A DNA stretch of 64,000 nt from NCBI GenBank assembly GCA_041917655.1, contig JAYRXC010000004.1:7450-71449 (forward strand). Direction: 5' to 3'. Shown here piece by piece: positions 38,107-47,042 of this stretch. Within the stretch, counting starts at the first letter, position 1; each line of letters begins with the position of its first letter. The stretch is from Ignavibacteria bacterium. Its GTDB lineage: Bacteria; Bacteroidota; Ignavibacteria; Tepidaquicellales; OLB5. A model generated the notes under the pieces. It searched no databases, was not told the origin of the DNA, and was given only the letters and a program-made list of their open reading frames with translations. A program made the position numbers and the translations under genes.

Positions 38107-38302
38107 TATGTCTATTTATGAAAAGCGGGACTACAATGTTTACTCCAGCAGTACACTCGCTCCAATTGTCATAAAATTAGCTGCTTTGAATGAACTATGT
38201 CAAAGATAGAAAAGTGGTTATGTGAACTGGGATTTGATCCAAATGTTACGAAAAATGAGCAGAAAAGGGAAATTTGTTCCACTATGTGAAAGAAGGCATC
38301 GT

Positions 38303-38339
38303 TAAAAAGTTGAAGGGTCCTGTTTGGTCAGGACCCTTC
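38303..38339 (-). terminator. Rho-independent terminator ending the ftsZ/dcw transcript
   Basis: On the minus strand, gaagggtcc-tgaccaaaca-ggacccttc is followed by aacttttt. On the plus strand no T-run follows the hairpin. Confidence 0.8.
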
Positions 38340-38574
38340 GGGTTAATGGAGGAGGCTTTTTGGGGAAGAAGATGAGGAGTAAAACTGAAGATGAACAGCA
38401 AACCAGGGCCCGGATCAACCGGAACGAAGCCAGGCCGCAACCGTACAGACAAGCAGAGCGGAACTAAGATACTTGCCATCTGCAGGCCAGCTTCGTGACG
38501 TCATCCTGATCGCTTTGAATCGTTCATCAACTTATCCATAGCGGGACAGTACTTTTTAATTAATTCAATATTCA
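38340..38574 (-). ncRNA. Candidate structured 3'UTR or small RNA between ftsZ stop and terminator (class unknown)
   Basis: No credible ORF. The G+C content is locally high (59 of 100 nt in 38401..38500 by hand count). A 15/16-pair helix (38480..38495 with 38425..38441) has four G-U pairs only on the minus-strand transcript. Confidence 0.3.
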
Positions 38575-39828
38575 TTAATCCATTTGTCTTCTTAAGAATG
38601 CCGGCTTATCATCATTGCTTATTTTGAATTCATCAGAATTGAAATCAAAATCTTCCATATCCATGTCTTCATTCCTTGTTCTTATCTTCTTTATATCTTC
38701 ATTGCTCAAAAGCCCTTTCCTTATCACAGGAGGCACATCATAGCCCTGCAGTTCTTTTTGAGTGCTTGGTATGCGGATCGAGTTCGAATCACCATCCATA
38801 TCCAGAAGAAGGTTCTTGTGCTTTACTTCTTCCTTTTCAGGATAAGTGTTCGACTGTTTCTGCTGCACGCTTGAAAATCCGGTTGCGATAATTGTAACTA
38901 TCACTTCGTCTTCAAGCCTTTCATCGGATACCACGCCCCAGATAAGCTTGCCGTAATTGCATCCTGCAGCCTGTTTAATAAGCTCGGTCATGCTCTTAAG
39001 GTCAGATATCTTGAAGTTAGGATCGGCAATGATGTTGAGAAGTATTGATTTTGAACCTGCAATTGAAACACCTTCGAGCAGCGGGTTATCGATAGCTTCC
39101 TGTGTTGCGCGCAGAGCTTTGCTTTCGCCTTTTGCATAGCCGATACCCATCAATGCATCGCCCATATCTCTCATGATGGTTTTTACATCAGCAAAATCTA
39201 CATTTACTTTACCTTTTTTGGTAATGATATCCGATATTCCGCGTGTTGCGTTATAAAGAACATCATCAACTTTACGGAAGCTGTTTTCAAGTGTAACTTC
39301 CTCGCCAAGCACCGTGAGCAGCCTTTCGTTCGGTATTACTATGCATGAATCCACTTCCTGCTTAAATCTTTTCAAACCCTCTTCGGCTATCCTGAGCCTG
39401 TCATCACCTTCAAAATCGAAAGGCTTGGTAACAATGCCCACAACCAGCGCGCCGGTTGCTTTTGCAACACGCGCTACTGCAGGCGCTCCGCCTGTGCCGG
39501 TCCCGCCGCCCATACCTGCTGTAATGAATACCATATCGCATCCTCTTACAACCTGCTCAATTTCTTCGCGGCTTTCTTCCACTGCTTTTGCGCCCTTGGT
39601 TTCATCCATGCCCGCGCCGAGCCCCAGTGTAGTATTGCGGCCGATCTGAATCTTAATATCAGCTTTGCTTCTTTCAAGGTCCTGGATATCGGTATTGAGC
39701 GCGATAAAATCCACTCCGTCCAGACCTTTCTCGATCATGTTATTGATCGCATTGCCTCCTGCGCCTCCGACGCCGATGACTTTGATCTTTGCTCCGTATG
39801 TAGCGTCGGTAACAAGTGAAATTGACAT
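38575..39828 (-). CDS. ftsZ: Cell division GTPase FtsZ
   Basis: IKVIGVGGAGGNAINNM, the tubulin signature GMGGGTGTGGAPVVA-like (ITAGMGGGTGTGGAPAVA), NTD, and a long variable linker with a conserved C-terminal peptide (DDKPAFLRRQMD). Confidence 0.98.
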   Translation of the reverse strand: MSISLVTDATYGAKIKVIGVGGAGGNAINNMIEKGLDGVDFIALNTDIQDLERSKADIKIQIGRNTTLGLGAGMDETKGAKAVEESREEIEQVVRGCDMVFITAGMGGGTGTGGAPAVARVAKATGALVVGIVTKPFDFEGDDRLRIAEEGLKRFKQEVDSCIVIPNERLLTVLGEEVTLENSFRKVDDVLYNATRGISDIITKKGKVNVDFADVKTIMRDMGDALMGIGYAKGESKALRATQEAIDNPLLEGVSIAGSKSILLNIIADPNFKISDLKSMTELIKQAAGCNYGKLIWGVVSDERLEDEVIVTIIATGFSSVQQKQSNTYPEKEEVKHKNLLLDMDGDSNSIRIPSTQKELQGYDVPPVIRKGLLSNEDIKKIRTRNEDMDMEDFDFNSDEFKISNDDKPAFLRRQMD

Positions 39829-39932
39829 TTTTTGTTTCTCCTTCTCTTTCCCCTAGAAAGGAATTCGGTTTAGTTTATGATTATTATTAAAATTTTCTTT
39901 TGTTAATATTTATTTCTTTTTTGCGATGTTAT

Positions 39933-41192
39933 CTATAATTCGTCGAACCAATGTTTGATTCTCTCAAAAACATTCTTCAATCCCGGGTGCTGCTTGCCTT
40001 TCAGGCTCTTGACTGATTTTTTCTGGTTCAGGTATTTCATCCTGTGCAGTATAAGTCCAATGCCTGTTGCGTAAATGGGACTTTCAACCTCTTTGATGAG
40101 TCCACCGCCAATATCCATAGGCACGCCTAGATTAACTTCAGAGCCCATGACCTGTGTCGCAAGTTCCTTTGTTCCCCTGAGCAGCGACCCGCCTCCTGTT
40201 ATTACCACACCTGCGGGAAGATAGCTTTCAATGCCCGAGCGTTTGATTTCCTGTGCAGCCAGAACAAAAAGCTCTTCCATTCTTGCCTGGATTATCCTTG
40301 CTATGATGCTCTTTTCGATCTTCAGAGGCTTCCTGCCTTTGATACCCTGAATTGTTATTACATCGTCGTTAATGATCTCGCTGATAAGCGCGTACCCGAA
40401 TTCTTTTTTAACGCGCTCTGCTTCTTTTTCGTCGATGCCTAGAGTTTCGCTGATATCGTTTGTTACCTGGCTTCCTGCAATACCGATTCCAGCCGTATGT
40501 TTGATTACACCTTTTTTGAATACTGCGATATCAGTTGTGCCGCCTCCGATATCTATCATGGCAACGCCGACCTTTTTCTCCGACTCATTAAGTACAGCAT
40601 ATGAAGAAGCGAGCGGCTCGAGCACTATATCATCGATATCAACGCCGCATGACTGCACACAGCCTGATAGGTCATCTATCTGCGAAACGAGTCCGGTGAG
40701 AATATTCACTTTTGCTTCCATCCTTAAACCGAACATTCCGATAGGAAGGTCGAATATTCCGTCCTTGCTATCGATTATAAATTCCTGTGGTATAACATCG
40801 ATTATCTTCTCATCTTTAGAGAGCTTCAGGCTCTTTGCGCTTTCATACAGCCTCTCAACATCATCTTCCGTAATGATCCTGTCAGGGTGAGAAATAGCTA
40901 CAATTCCCTCTGACTGGATGCAGCGGATATGCGGACCTGCAATACCCACTGTAACTGATTTTATATCAAACCCCGAGCGCTCCTCAGCTTCGCGGATAGA
41001 TTCTTTAATAGATTCAAGTGTTTTGCCGGGATTAACAACCATACCTCTTGAAAGTCCGGTTGATGGCGCCTTGCCTACACCAAGAATATTCAGCCTGCCG
41101 TCATCTCTTACCTGTGCAACAATTGTGCAGATCTTTGTTGTGCCTACATCGAGGCCTACTATTATGTTATCTTCTGATTTTTTCTTAGCCAT
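39933..41192 (-). CDS. ftsA: Cell division protein FtsA
   Basis: IVGLDVGTTKICTIVAQ, AMIDIGGGTTDIAVF and VITGGGSLLRG actin-fold motifs. Located upstream of ftsZ. Confidence 0.95.
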   Translation of the reverse strand: MAKKKSEDNIIVGLDVGTTKICTIVAQVRDDGRLNILGVGKAPSTGLSRGMVVNPGKTLESIKESIREAEERSGFDIKSVTVGIAGPHIRCIQSEGIVAISHPDRIITEDDVERLYESAKSLKLSKDEKIIDVIPQEFIIDSKDGIFDLPIGMFGLRMEAKVNILTGLVSQIDDLSGCVQSCGVDIDDIVLEPLASSYAVLNESEKKVGVAMIDIGGGTTDIAVFKKGVIKHTAGIGIAGSQVTNDISETLGIDEKEAERVKKEFGYALISEIINDDVITIQGIKGRKPLKIEKSIIARIIQARMEELFVLAAQEIKRSGIESYLPAGVVITGGGSLLRGTKELATQVMGSEVNLGVPMDIGGGLIKEVESPIYATGIGLILHRMKYLNQKKSVKSLKGKQHPGLKNVFERIKHWFDEL

Positions 41193-41225
41193 TTTATTGG
41201 TTATTATTCATTTCCAATCCCGGTG

Positions 41226-42041
41226 CTATTCGGCCGGAAGATTATTGTTTTTGACAATTATCATGTCATTATATCTCATATCAATATAACTGAACGAATT
41301 TGACGTCCTGTAAACCCTTACCTGTTTAAGGAATCCATTAAGCGAAACAAGGTTTTTATTAATGGCATTTCTAAGTGATGCGCTGTTAATATCTTTCACC
41401 ATTTCCGGTTTTTCTTTACGGGCTATTGATTCATAATCAATAAAATATACCATTGTTGCGTCATCGCTTGTGATCAGCGAAATCCCGTTGGGATCAGCGA
41501 AGCTAATTTCAGAGATATAATTAAAAACACTTTTATTTATTTTGATCGCCTGGCTGATCATATACTGCGCAATCTTCAGATTTTTCAGGTCATCCTTACC
41601 GTAAGTTCCGGGCCCCAGTTCCTGGGAAAGTCCGCTAATAACCGGTATATCCAGGTCGCTTTGCTCTTTCTTAATATTATAAACAGTCAGCTGGTCATCA
41701 ACCAGGAAAACTTCTTTGCCGTTTGTAGCGGCTGCAAACGGATTCTTTTCTGAAATATCGATCTTTATTGTTGCGCCGTCTTTATTTACTTCAACTTTCT
41801 TTATGTTGGGATGTTTACCAATCCTTGTTTCGATCATCTCCATCGAGAGATTGTTGCCGCAGATCAAAGAATCATTAAGCTTGGCAAATTCAAAGATCTC
41901 ATCTTTGGAAAGCGTAATATTGCCGGCAAGCACAACATTCCTGATCGTGGATTTATCTTTCCACAACCCTGAAAGTACTATGCTTGAAAACGTGAATATG
42001 ATAACAATGGTGAATAAAATGGTAATTTTCCAATTCTTCAT
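41226..42041 (-). CDS. ftsQ: Cell division protein FtsQ (POTRA domain)
   Basis: A single N-terminal TM, a POTRA-like segment (IRNVVLAGNITLSKDEIFEFAKL), and position between murB and ftsA. 4-nt overlap with murB. Confidence 0.8.
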   Translation of the reverse strand: MKNWKITILFTIVIIFTFSSIVLSGLWKDKSTIRNVVLAGNITLSKDEIFEFAKLNDSLICGNNLSMEMIETRIGKHPNIKKVEVNKDGATIKIDISEKNPFAAATNGKEVFLVDDQLTVYNIKKEQSDLDIPVISGLSQELGPGTYGKDDLKNLKIAQYMISQAIKINKSVFNYISEISFADPNGISLITSDDATMVYFIDYESIARKEKPEMVKDINSASLRNAINKNLVSLNGFLKQVRVYRTSNSFSYIDMRYNDMIIVKNNNLPAE

Positions 42042-42943
42042 ATCGTTACCTCCTCAAAGCCGATTAGTTTCACTTCCATTTCCAGGTCGATTCCTGTTTC
42101 TGCGTGCACTTTCTGCCTGATGATCTTCACAAGCTCGATCACATCATGTGCAGTAGCCTTATCGAAGTTCACAATAAAATTAGCATGTTTAGTTGATACC
42201 ATTGCCCCGCCGAATTTTGTACCTTTGAGTCCGCATTTATCGATAAGCATTGCAGCCTTGTTATCTTTCGGATTTTTAAAAATGCATCCGGCATTTGGAA
42301 TTTCAACCGGCTGGGCAGCATTACGCTGCAGGATCAGCTCTTTTCTTCTTTGCGATATCTCTTCCTTATTGCCTTCAGGGAGCTCAAACTTTGCTTCGAG
42401 TATTACTGTTGATTTCAGGTCTGAATTCCTGTACCTGAATCCGCAGTCTTCCTTAGCAAGAGTTTTCAGCTTTCCGCCCTTTATGACTGTTACTTCGGTT
42501 ACATGATCGGCTGTTTCGCCGCCGTAAGCGCCTGCATTCATAACCAGCGCACCGCCAACTGTGGCGGGAATCCCTGCAAGCATTTCAACTCCTGCCTTGT
42601 CATTCTGTATGCAGAAATCCACGAACCTCGCTATTTTCACGCCTGCTCCGCTTACAACCGCTGTACCATCCATTCTAATGTAGTTGAATGACGTTTCAAG
42701 GTTGATCACTATTCCGCGGATACCTTCATCGCTAATGAGTATGTTACTGCCGTTACCCATAACGTAGTATGGAATGCCCTTGTCATTAGCGTAATTGACA
42801 ATGTTGATGACGTCATTGGTATCAGTTGGCTCTACAAAATAGTCGGCCATGCCGCCTATCCTGAACGTAGTGAAGCGCGCAAGCGGCTCATTCAGCGCTA
42901 TTCTGCCTTTAAAGATCTTCTGTATTTCAGAAATTGATACCAA
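42038..42943 (-). CDS. murB: UDP-N-acetylenolpyruvoylglucosamine reductase
   Basis: LARFTTFRIGGMADYFVEP, GNGSNILISDEG, AGIPATVGGALVMNAGAYG and GCIFKNP. Confidence 0.95.
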   Translation of the reverse strand: MVSISEIQKIFKGRIALNEPLARFTTFRIGGMADYFVEPTDTNDVINIVNYANDKGIPYYVMGNGSNILISDEGIRGIVINLETSFNYIRMDGTAVVSGAGVKIARFVDFCIQNDKAGVEMLAGIPATVGGALVMNAGAYGGETADHVTEVTVIKGGKLKTLAKEDCGFRYRNSDLKSTVILEAKFELPEGNKEEISQRRKELILQRNAAQPVEIPNAGCIFKNPKDNKAAMLIDKCGLKGTKFGGAMVSTKHANFIVNFDKATAHDVIELVKIIRQKVHAETGIDLEMEVKLIGFEEVTI

Positions 42944-42947
42944 TTTA

Positions 42948-44321
42948 TCAGATGCTTTTTATTTGATTTACAAATTCACTGCAGAGATTGGTAACATCTC
43001 CAGCTCCCTGGAATACAACCACATCACCCGCCCTCAGGTCATGCCTTAACCATGCAAGCACATCGCTTCTTTCGTGAATGAGGCGGATGTTCTTGAATTT
43101 TGATAAAGCTTCATTCAATATCAGCTCGCTTGTGATACCTTCGATCGGCTTTTCTCGTGCCGGGTAAATATCCATTAATATCACTTCATCTGAAAGCGCA
43201 AGCGCTTCAGCAAACTCTTTGTAAAAATCCCTTGTTCTTGTGAACAGGTGCGGCTGGAAAACCGTTATAAGCCTTCCGGCGCCGGCTTCTTTGAGCCCTT
43301 TCAGGCTTGCTGATACTTCCACCGGATGATGCGAATAATCATCATAAACCCTGATACCTTTTCCTTCAAACTTCAGCTGCATCCTTCTATCCACTGTCCT
43401 GAATCCGGAAATGCTTTCTTTGTACTTTTCAAAAGGAATATCAAGCACTTTTGAAACCGCAAAACAAGCTGTGGAATTAAGTGCATTGTGCCTTCCGGGC
43501 ATGTTCAGGTGAACATTATCGTATGACCTGTGCGAATTCAGAATTGAAAAATCCAGAACACCGGCCGAAGGACGATAGTCAATTATCTTCAGGTAATTCT
43601 TATCATCATAGCCATAAGATATTTTCTCGCGGTTAATGGAATTCATGAAGCTCTTTATATTTTCATCATCGCCGCAGTATATCATATATGCGCCGTATTT
43701 TGACCTGTCACAAAACTCCCTGAATGTACTTTTTATGTCATCCAGGTCTTTGTAGATATCTAAATGGTCTGCGTCGATATTAGTAACAACGGTTACATCC
43801 GGCCTGAGCGCTAAGAATGACCTGTCATATTCATCGGCTTCGACCACTGCATACTTTCCGCTGCCAAATCTTGTTGCGCCGCCATCAAAAATCTGGACAT
43901 TTCCGCCCACGAAGATCAGAGGGTCAAGCCCGGCATCAACAAGCAGCTTCCCGATCATAGCTGTAGTGGTAGTTTTGCCGTGAGTGCCTGAAACGGCTAT
44001 GAGGTATTTATCATTCACTATTTCGCCAAGCATCTCAGCACGCCTTACTGTACGGATCCCCAGTTCATTTGCCTTTTCAAGCTCAGGATTGCCATTTTTA
44101 ACTGCTGAAGTATAAACTACGGTATCGATGCTGCCGGAAATATTTGAATCCGAGTGTCCGTTAAAAATTTCTGCACCAAGTGATACAAGCCTCTCGGTAA
44201 TATGCGTAGCGGTCATATCTGAGCCGGAGACCTTGTGGCCGGTCCTAAGGAAATACTCCGCCAGGCCGCTCATGCCGATGCCGCCTATACCTATGAAATA
44301 TATGTGATCTTTTTTATCCAA
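42948..44321 (-). CDS. murC: UDP-N-acetylmuramate--L-alanine ligase
   Basis: IYFIGIGGIGMSGLAEYF, AVSGTHGKTTTTAMIG, ADEYDRSF and DDYSHHP. Confidence 0.96.
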   Translation of the reverse strand: MDKKDHIYFIGIGGIGMSGLAEYFLRTGHKVSGSDMTATHITERLVSLGAEIFNGHSDSNISGSIDTVVYTSAVKNGNPELEKANELGIRTVRRAEMLGEIVNDKYLIAVSGTHGKTTTTAMIGKLLVDAGLDPLIFVGGNVQIFDGGATRFGSGKYAVVEADEYDRSFLALRPDVTVVTNIDADHLDIYKDLDDIKSTFREFCDRSKYGAYMIYCGDDENIKSFMNSINREKISYGYDDKNYLKIIDYRPSAGVLDFSILNSHRSYDNVHLNMPGRHNALNSTACFAVSKVLDIPFEKYKESISGFRTVDRRMQLKFEGKGIRVYDDYSHHPVEVSASLKGLKEAGAGRLITVFQPHLFTRTRDFYKEFAEALALSDEVILMDIYPAREKPIEGITSELILNEALSKFKNIRLIHERSDVLAWLRHDLRAGDVVVFQGAGDVTNLCSEFVNQIKSI

Positions 44322-44790
44322 TGCTGCGATTTTGCTCTTCTGTTGATTTGTTTATTTTCAGAAATTCATTTATAAGCTCGCTGCCTCTTTCAAAATCGTT
44401 AGCCCTTATTTTAAGCTGTTTCCTCCTGTGGCGGAGCTTCAGCTTAATTATCCTGTATGTAGTTTCTTCTTCCTTGCGCCTTCTTCTGCCGATCTTCACA
44501 TTGATGATATCGCTTAACATCACTTCGCGCTCACCGAACCTGTTACGGAAGATTATCCTGTCCGGCCTCAGTATTATCATAGGCGCACGGATAATGTTCA
44601 CTGTAACAATGAACAGGAATATCACTATAAATATGATCAGTATATAAAATATCGGGTCGTTATATAATGACCTGAAACCTTCGGTTCCCACACTGCCGCG
44701 AAGCAATACATATGCAGCAAAGAATATCAGGTATATAACCAGCGACTGGTAGTAAAAATCCATTCTGTATTTATGAACTTTTTCTTCCAT
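44314..44790 (-). CDS. Hypothetical 2-TM membrane protein with a very basic cytoplasmic tail, embedded between murG and murC
   Basis: Two hydrophobic helices (YYQSLVIYLIFFAAYVLL and IFYILIIFIVIFLFIVTVNII), then ...IGRRRRKEEETTYRIIKLKLRHRRKQLKIRANDFERG.... The start is 1 nt after the murG stop, and the end overlaps the murC start by 8 nt. Confidence 0.6.
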   Translation of the reverse strand: MEEKVHKYRMDFYYQSLVIYLIFFAAYVLLRGSVGTEGFRSLYNDPIFYILIIFIVIFLFIVTVNIIRAPMIILRPDRIIFRNRFGEREVMLSDIINVKIGRRRRKEEETTYRIIKLKLRHRRKQLKIRANDFERGSELINEFLKINKSTEEQNRSIG

Positions 44791-44791
44791 T

Positions 44792-45916
44792 TCAGTTTTT
44801 AGAGTTATTTACCAGCTCAACCAGCATATTGGCTATCTTAGAAGCCGCTTTCGGATCAGCGAACTGCGTGATATTGTTCTTCATATAGTTCAGCCTGTTT
44901 TCATCAGCAAGAAGCCTGAGCAAGGTCGATTCCAGCTTCTGGTCAAGCTCTCTATCTGTTATCATTTCTGCCGCATGTTTATCAACAATTGCCCTGGCGT
45001 TTTTTTCCTGGTGATTTTCCGATGCAAGCGGGAAAGGCACAAACACCGCTGCCAGCCCGAAGCTTGCAAGCTCCATTATTGTCGATATTCCCGAACGGCA
45101 CAGAACCAGGTCACTTGCCGAATATGCGTATTCTATTGAATCGATATATTTAAGAACCTTGACATTTCTGTTCGAAGAAACATCGGCTTTCACTTTTTCA
45201 AAATCTGGTTCGCCTGTTTGCCAGATAACCTGTATGCCGCTGCCTGTAACATTTTTGAAGCACTTCAAAAAAGCCATGTTGATCGAGCGTGCTCCCTGGC
45301 TTCCGCCGAATATAAGGAGAGTTTTGGCTGATTCATCCAATCCGAAGTATTTCCTTGCGTCACCCGCCGGATGGTTTACCATACTTTCCCTAACGGGGTA
45401 TGACATTACCTGTACATTATCCTGTCTTTTCAGGAATTTCTTGGTGCCCTCGAAATTCAATATTACTTTATCTGCTTTTGGCGCTATCATTTTCACTGTA
45501 ACACCGGGGTAGAAATTCCCCTCTTCAATTACATTTGTTATGCCGAGAGATTGAGCTGAACGAAGCACAGGCCCGGATACAAATCCGCCTGTGCCATAAA
45601 CCAGGTCAGGTGCAAAGTTTTTCAATATTTTTTTGGTTTCGCTCAATGCTCTTAGAATTTTATATCCTGTTGCCAGGTTTTTCAGGCTCAGGCTTCTCTT
45701 AAATCCGGATGCCTCTATTGTTTCCAGCTTGTACCCGCTGTTTGGTACTATTTTCTCTTCTATTCTTCCTTTTGCGCCAATGAAGCGTATCTCGATATTC
45801 TTGTTCAGCTTTCTCAGCTCATCTGCTACTGCAATTGCCGGGTAAATGTGGCCGCCGGTTCCGCCTGCTGCAAATACGATCTTATCTATAGTCTTCATAG
45901 TACTAGGCACCGGCAT
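44792..45916 (-). CDS. murG: Undecaprenyldiphospho-muramoylpentapeptide beta-N-acetylglucosaminyltransferase
   Basis: IVFAAGGTGGHIYPAIAVADEL, GGSQGARSIN and CRSGISTIMELASFG. Confidence 0.95.
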   Translation of the reverse strand: MPVPSTMKTIDKIVFAAGGTGGHIYPAIAVADELRKLNKNIEIRFIGAKGRIEEKIVPNSGYKLETIEASGFKRSLSLKNLATGYKILRALSETKKILKNFAPDLVYGTGGFVSGPVLRSAQSLGITNVIEEGNFYPGVTVKMIAPKADKVILNFEGTKKFLKRQDNVQVMSYPVRESMVNHPAGDARKYFGLDESAKTLLIFGGSQGARSINMAFLKCFKNVTGSGIQVIWQTGEPDFEKVKADVSSNRNVKVLKYIDSIEYAYSASDLVLCRSGISTIMELASFGLAAVFVPFPLASENHQEKNARAIVDKHAAEMITDRELDQKLESTLLRLLADENRLNYMKNNITQFADPKAASKIANMLVELVNNSKN

Positions 45917-47042
45917 TTGCCAGTGTTTCCCTGAGCAAAGCTCCTTTAGGCTGCAGCCTGTATGTTGAAATATTCAGTAAAATTCCCACAGCTATTGAAT
46001 TAAATATGATCGATGTTCCGCCGTAGCTGATAAACGGAAGCGTTTGTCCGGTCGTGGGAATAATTCCGGTTGCCACCATCATATTTATTACAGCATTCAT
46101 GCCAATGATAACTGTGATACCGAATGCCAAATATCTTCCGAAGTCATCATCCATACTTTTAGCAAGCTTCAATCCGCGGTAAACGAACAGGCCAAAAAGC
46201 AGAATCACAATACAAACACCCCAGAAACCATATTCTTCGCCAACGATCGAGAATACGAAATCATCGTATGACTGGGGAAGAAAAAATTCCTTTTGGTTGG
46301 AATTTCCGGGTCCAACTCCAAGAAATCCGCCGTTTCCGAAACCAATAATTGCCTGTGAAAGCTGGTAGCTTGCATCACCGCCGGAAGTGTGCTCGCGGTA
46401 TGAAAATATCCTGTTCATTATATACGGCTTGGAAAGAATGAACAGCACGGCAGCCGGTATCATTGATACCATTGTGAATACCATATGCTTCATCTTGACT
46501 TTGCCGATCCAGAATACCATCAGGCTTGAGAGAAATATCACGCTTGCTGTTGAGAAGTTAGGCTGAATTGCGATCAACGCAACCACTACAAGCACATAGC
46601 CAAGCAGCGGCAGGTATCCATAATACAGATTATGTATATAATCCTTCTTCTTTGCCAGCAGGTATGAAATATTTATGAGCAGCGCGTATTTAACAAAATC
46701 CGCCGGCTGGAAACTAAGTCCGCCTAAATATATCCACCTTGATGCGCCCTTGGTTGACTCCACACCTGCTACCAGCAGGTACAGCAGCATCAGGATAGCA
46801 GCGCCCATAATGTATTTCCTGAACTTGATCAGGTTCAGGTAACTGAACCTTGATACAAAGAATATCAGGAAGATACCTGCACCGGCTCTTATCAGGTGAT
46901 TCCTGAACAAGAGCGCGCTATCGCCGCTCATTTTGGCCGACCAGCTTGAAGATGCGCTGTAAACCACACCCAGGCTGAATGTGATCAGTGCCAGTATTGG
47001 TATCAGGATCCAGAGATCTATTTTATTTACGCGTGGTTCCAA
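45903..47042 (-). CDS. ftsW: SEDS family peptidoglycan polymerase FtsW
   Basis: FtsW/RodA/SpoVE motifs (SFQPADFVKYALLI, DDFVFSIVGEEYGFWG, LPFISYGGTSI). Located between murD and murG. Confidence 0.9.
   Translation of the reverse strand: MEPRVNKIDLWILIPILALITFSLGVVYSASSSWSAKMSGDSALLFRNHLIRAGAGIFLIFFVSRFSYLNLIKFRKYIMGAAILMLLYLLVAGVESTKGASRWIYLGGLSFQPADFVKYALLINISYLLAKKKDYIHNLYYGYLPLLGYVLVVVALIAIQPNFSTASVIFLSSLMVFWIGKVKMKHMVFTMVSMIPAAVLFILSKPYIMNRIFSYREHTSGGDASYQLSQAIIGFGNGGFLGVGPGNSNQKEFFLPQSYDDFVFSIVGEEYGFWGVCIVILLFGLFVYRGLKLAKSMDDDFGRYLAFGITVIIGMNAVINMMVATGIIPTTGQTLPFISYGGTSIIFNSIAVGILLNISTYRLQPKGALLRETLANAGA

Noticed and set aside
38400-38445. Resemblance of accagggcccgga...ggaacgaagccagg to the SRP RNA helix-8 motif (ACCAGGUCCGGAAGGAAGCAGCC)
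   Set aside because: I could not build the required GNAR tetraloop or the symmetric and asymmetric loop pairings on either strand. I therefore do not call it ffs. I likewise saw no RNase P (GAGGAAAGUCC), tmRNA or tRNA-like signatures.
38282-38479. 65-aa minus-strand ORF, and a 31-aa plus-strand ORF (38372..38467, MRSKTEDEQQTRARINRNEARPQPYRQAERN), in the ftsZ-downstream region
   Set aside because: The minus-strand ORF reads straight through the terminator hairpin and is Pro/Gly/Leu-rich. The plus-strand peptide has no convincing RBS spacing. The region is better explained as structured RNA.
40372-40890. 172-aa plus-strand ORF inside ftsA, and similar antisense ORFs inside ftsZ, murE, ftsI, dxs and miaB
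   Set aside because: All are antisense to genes with unambiguous motifs. Their Ser/Pro/Ile-rich mirror composition is typical of antisense reading.
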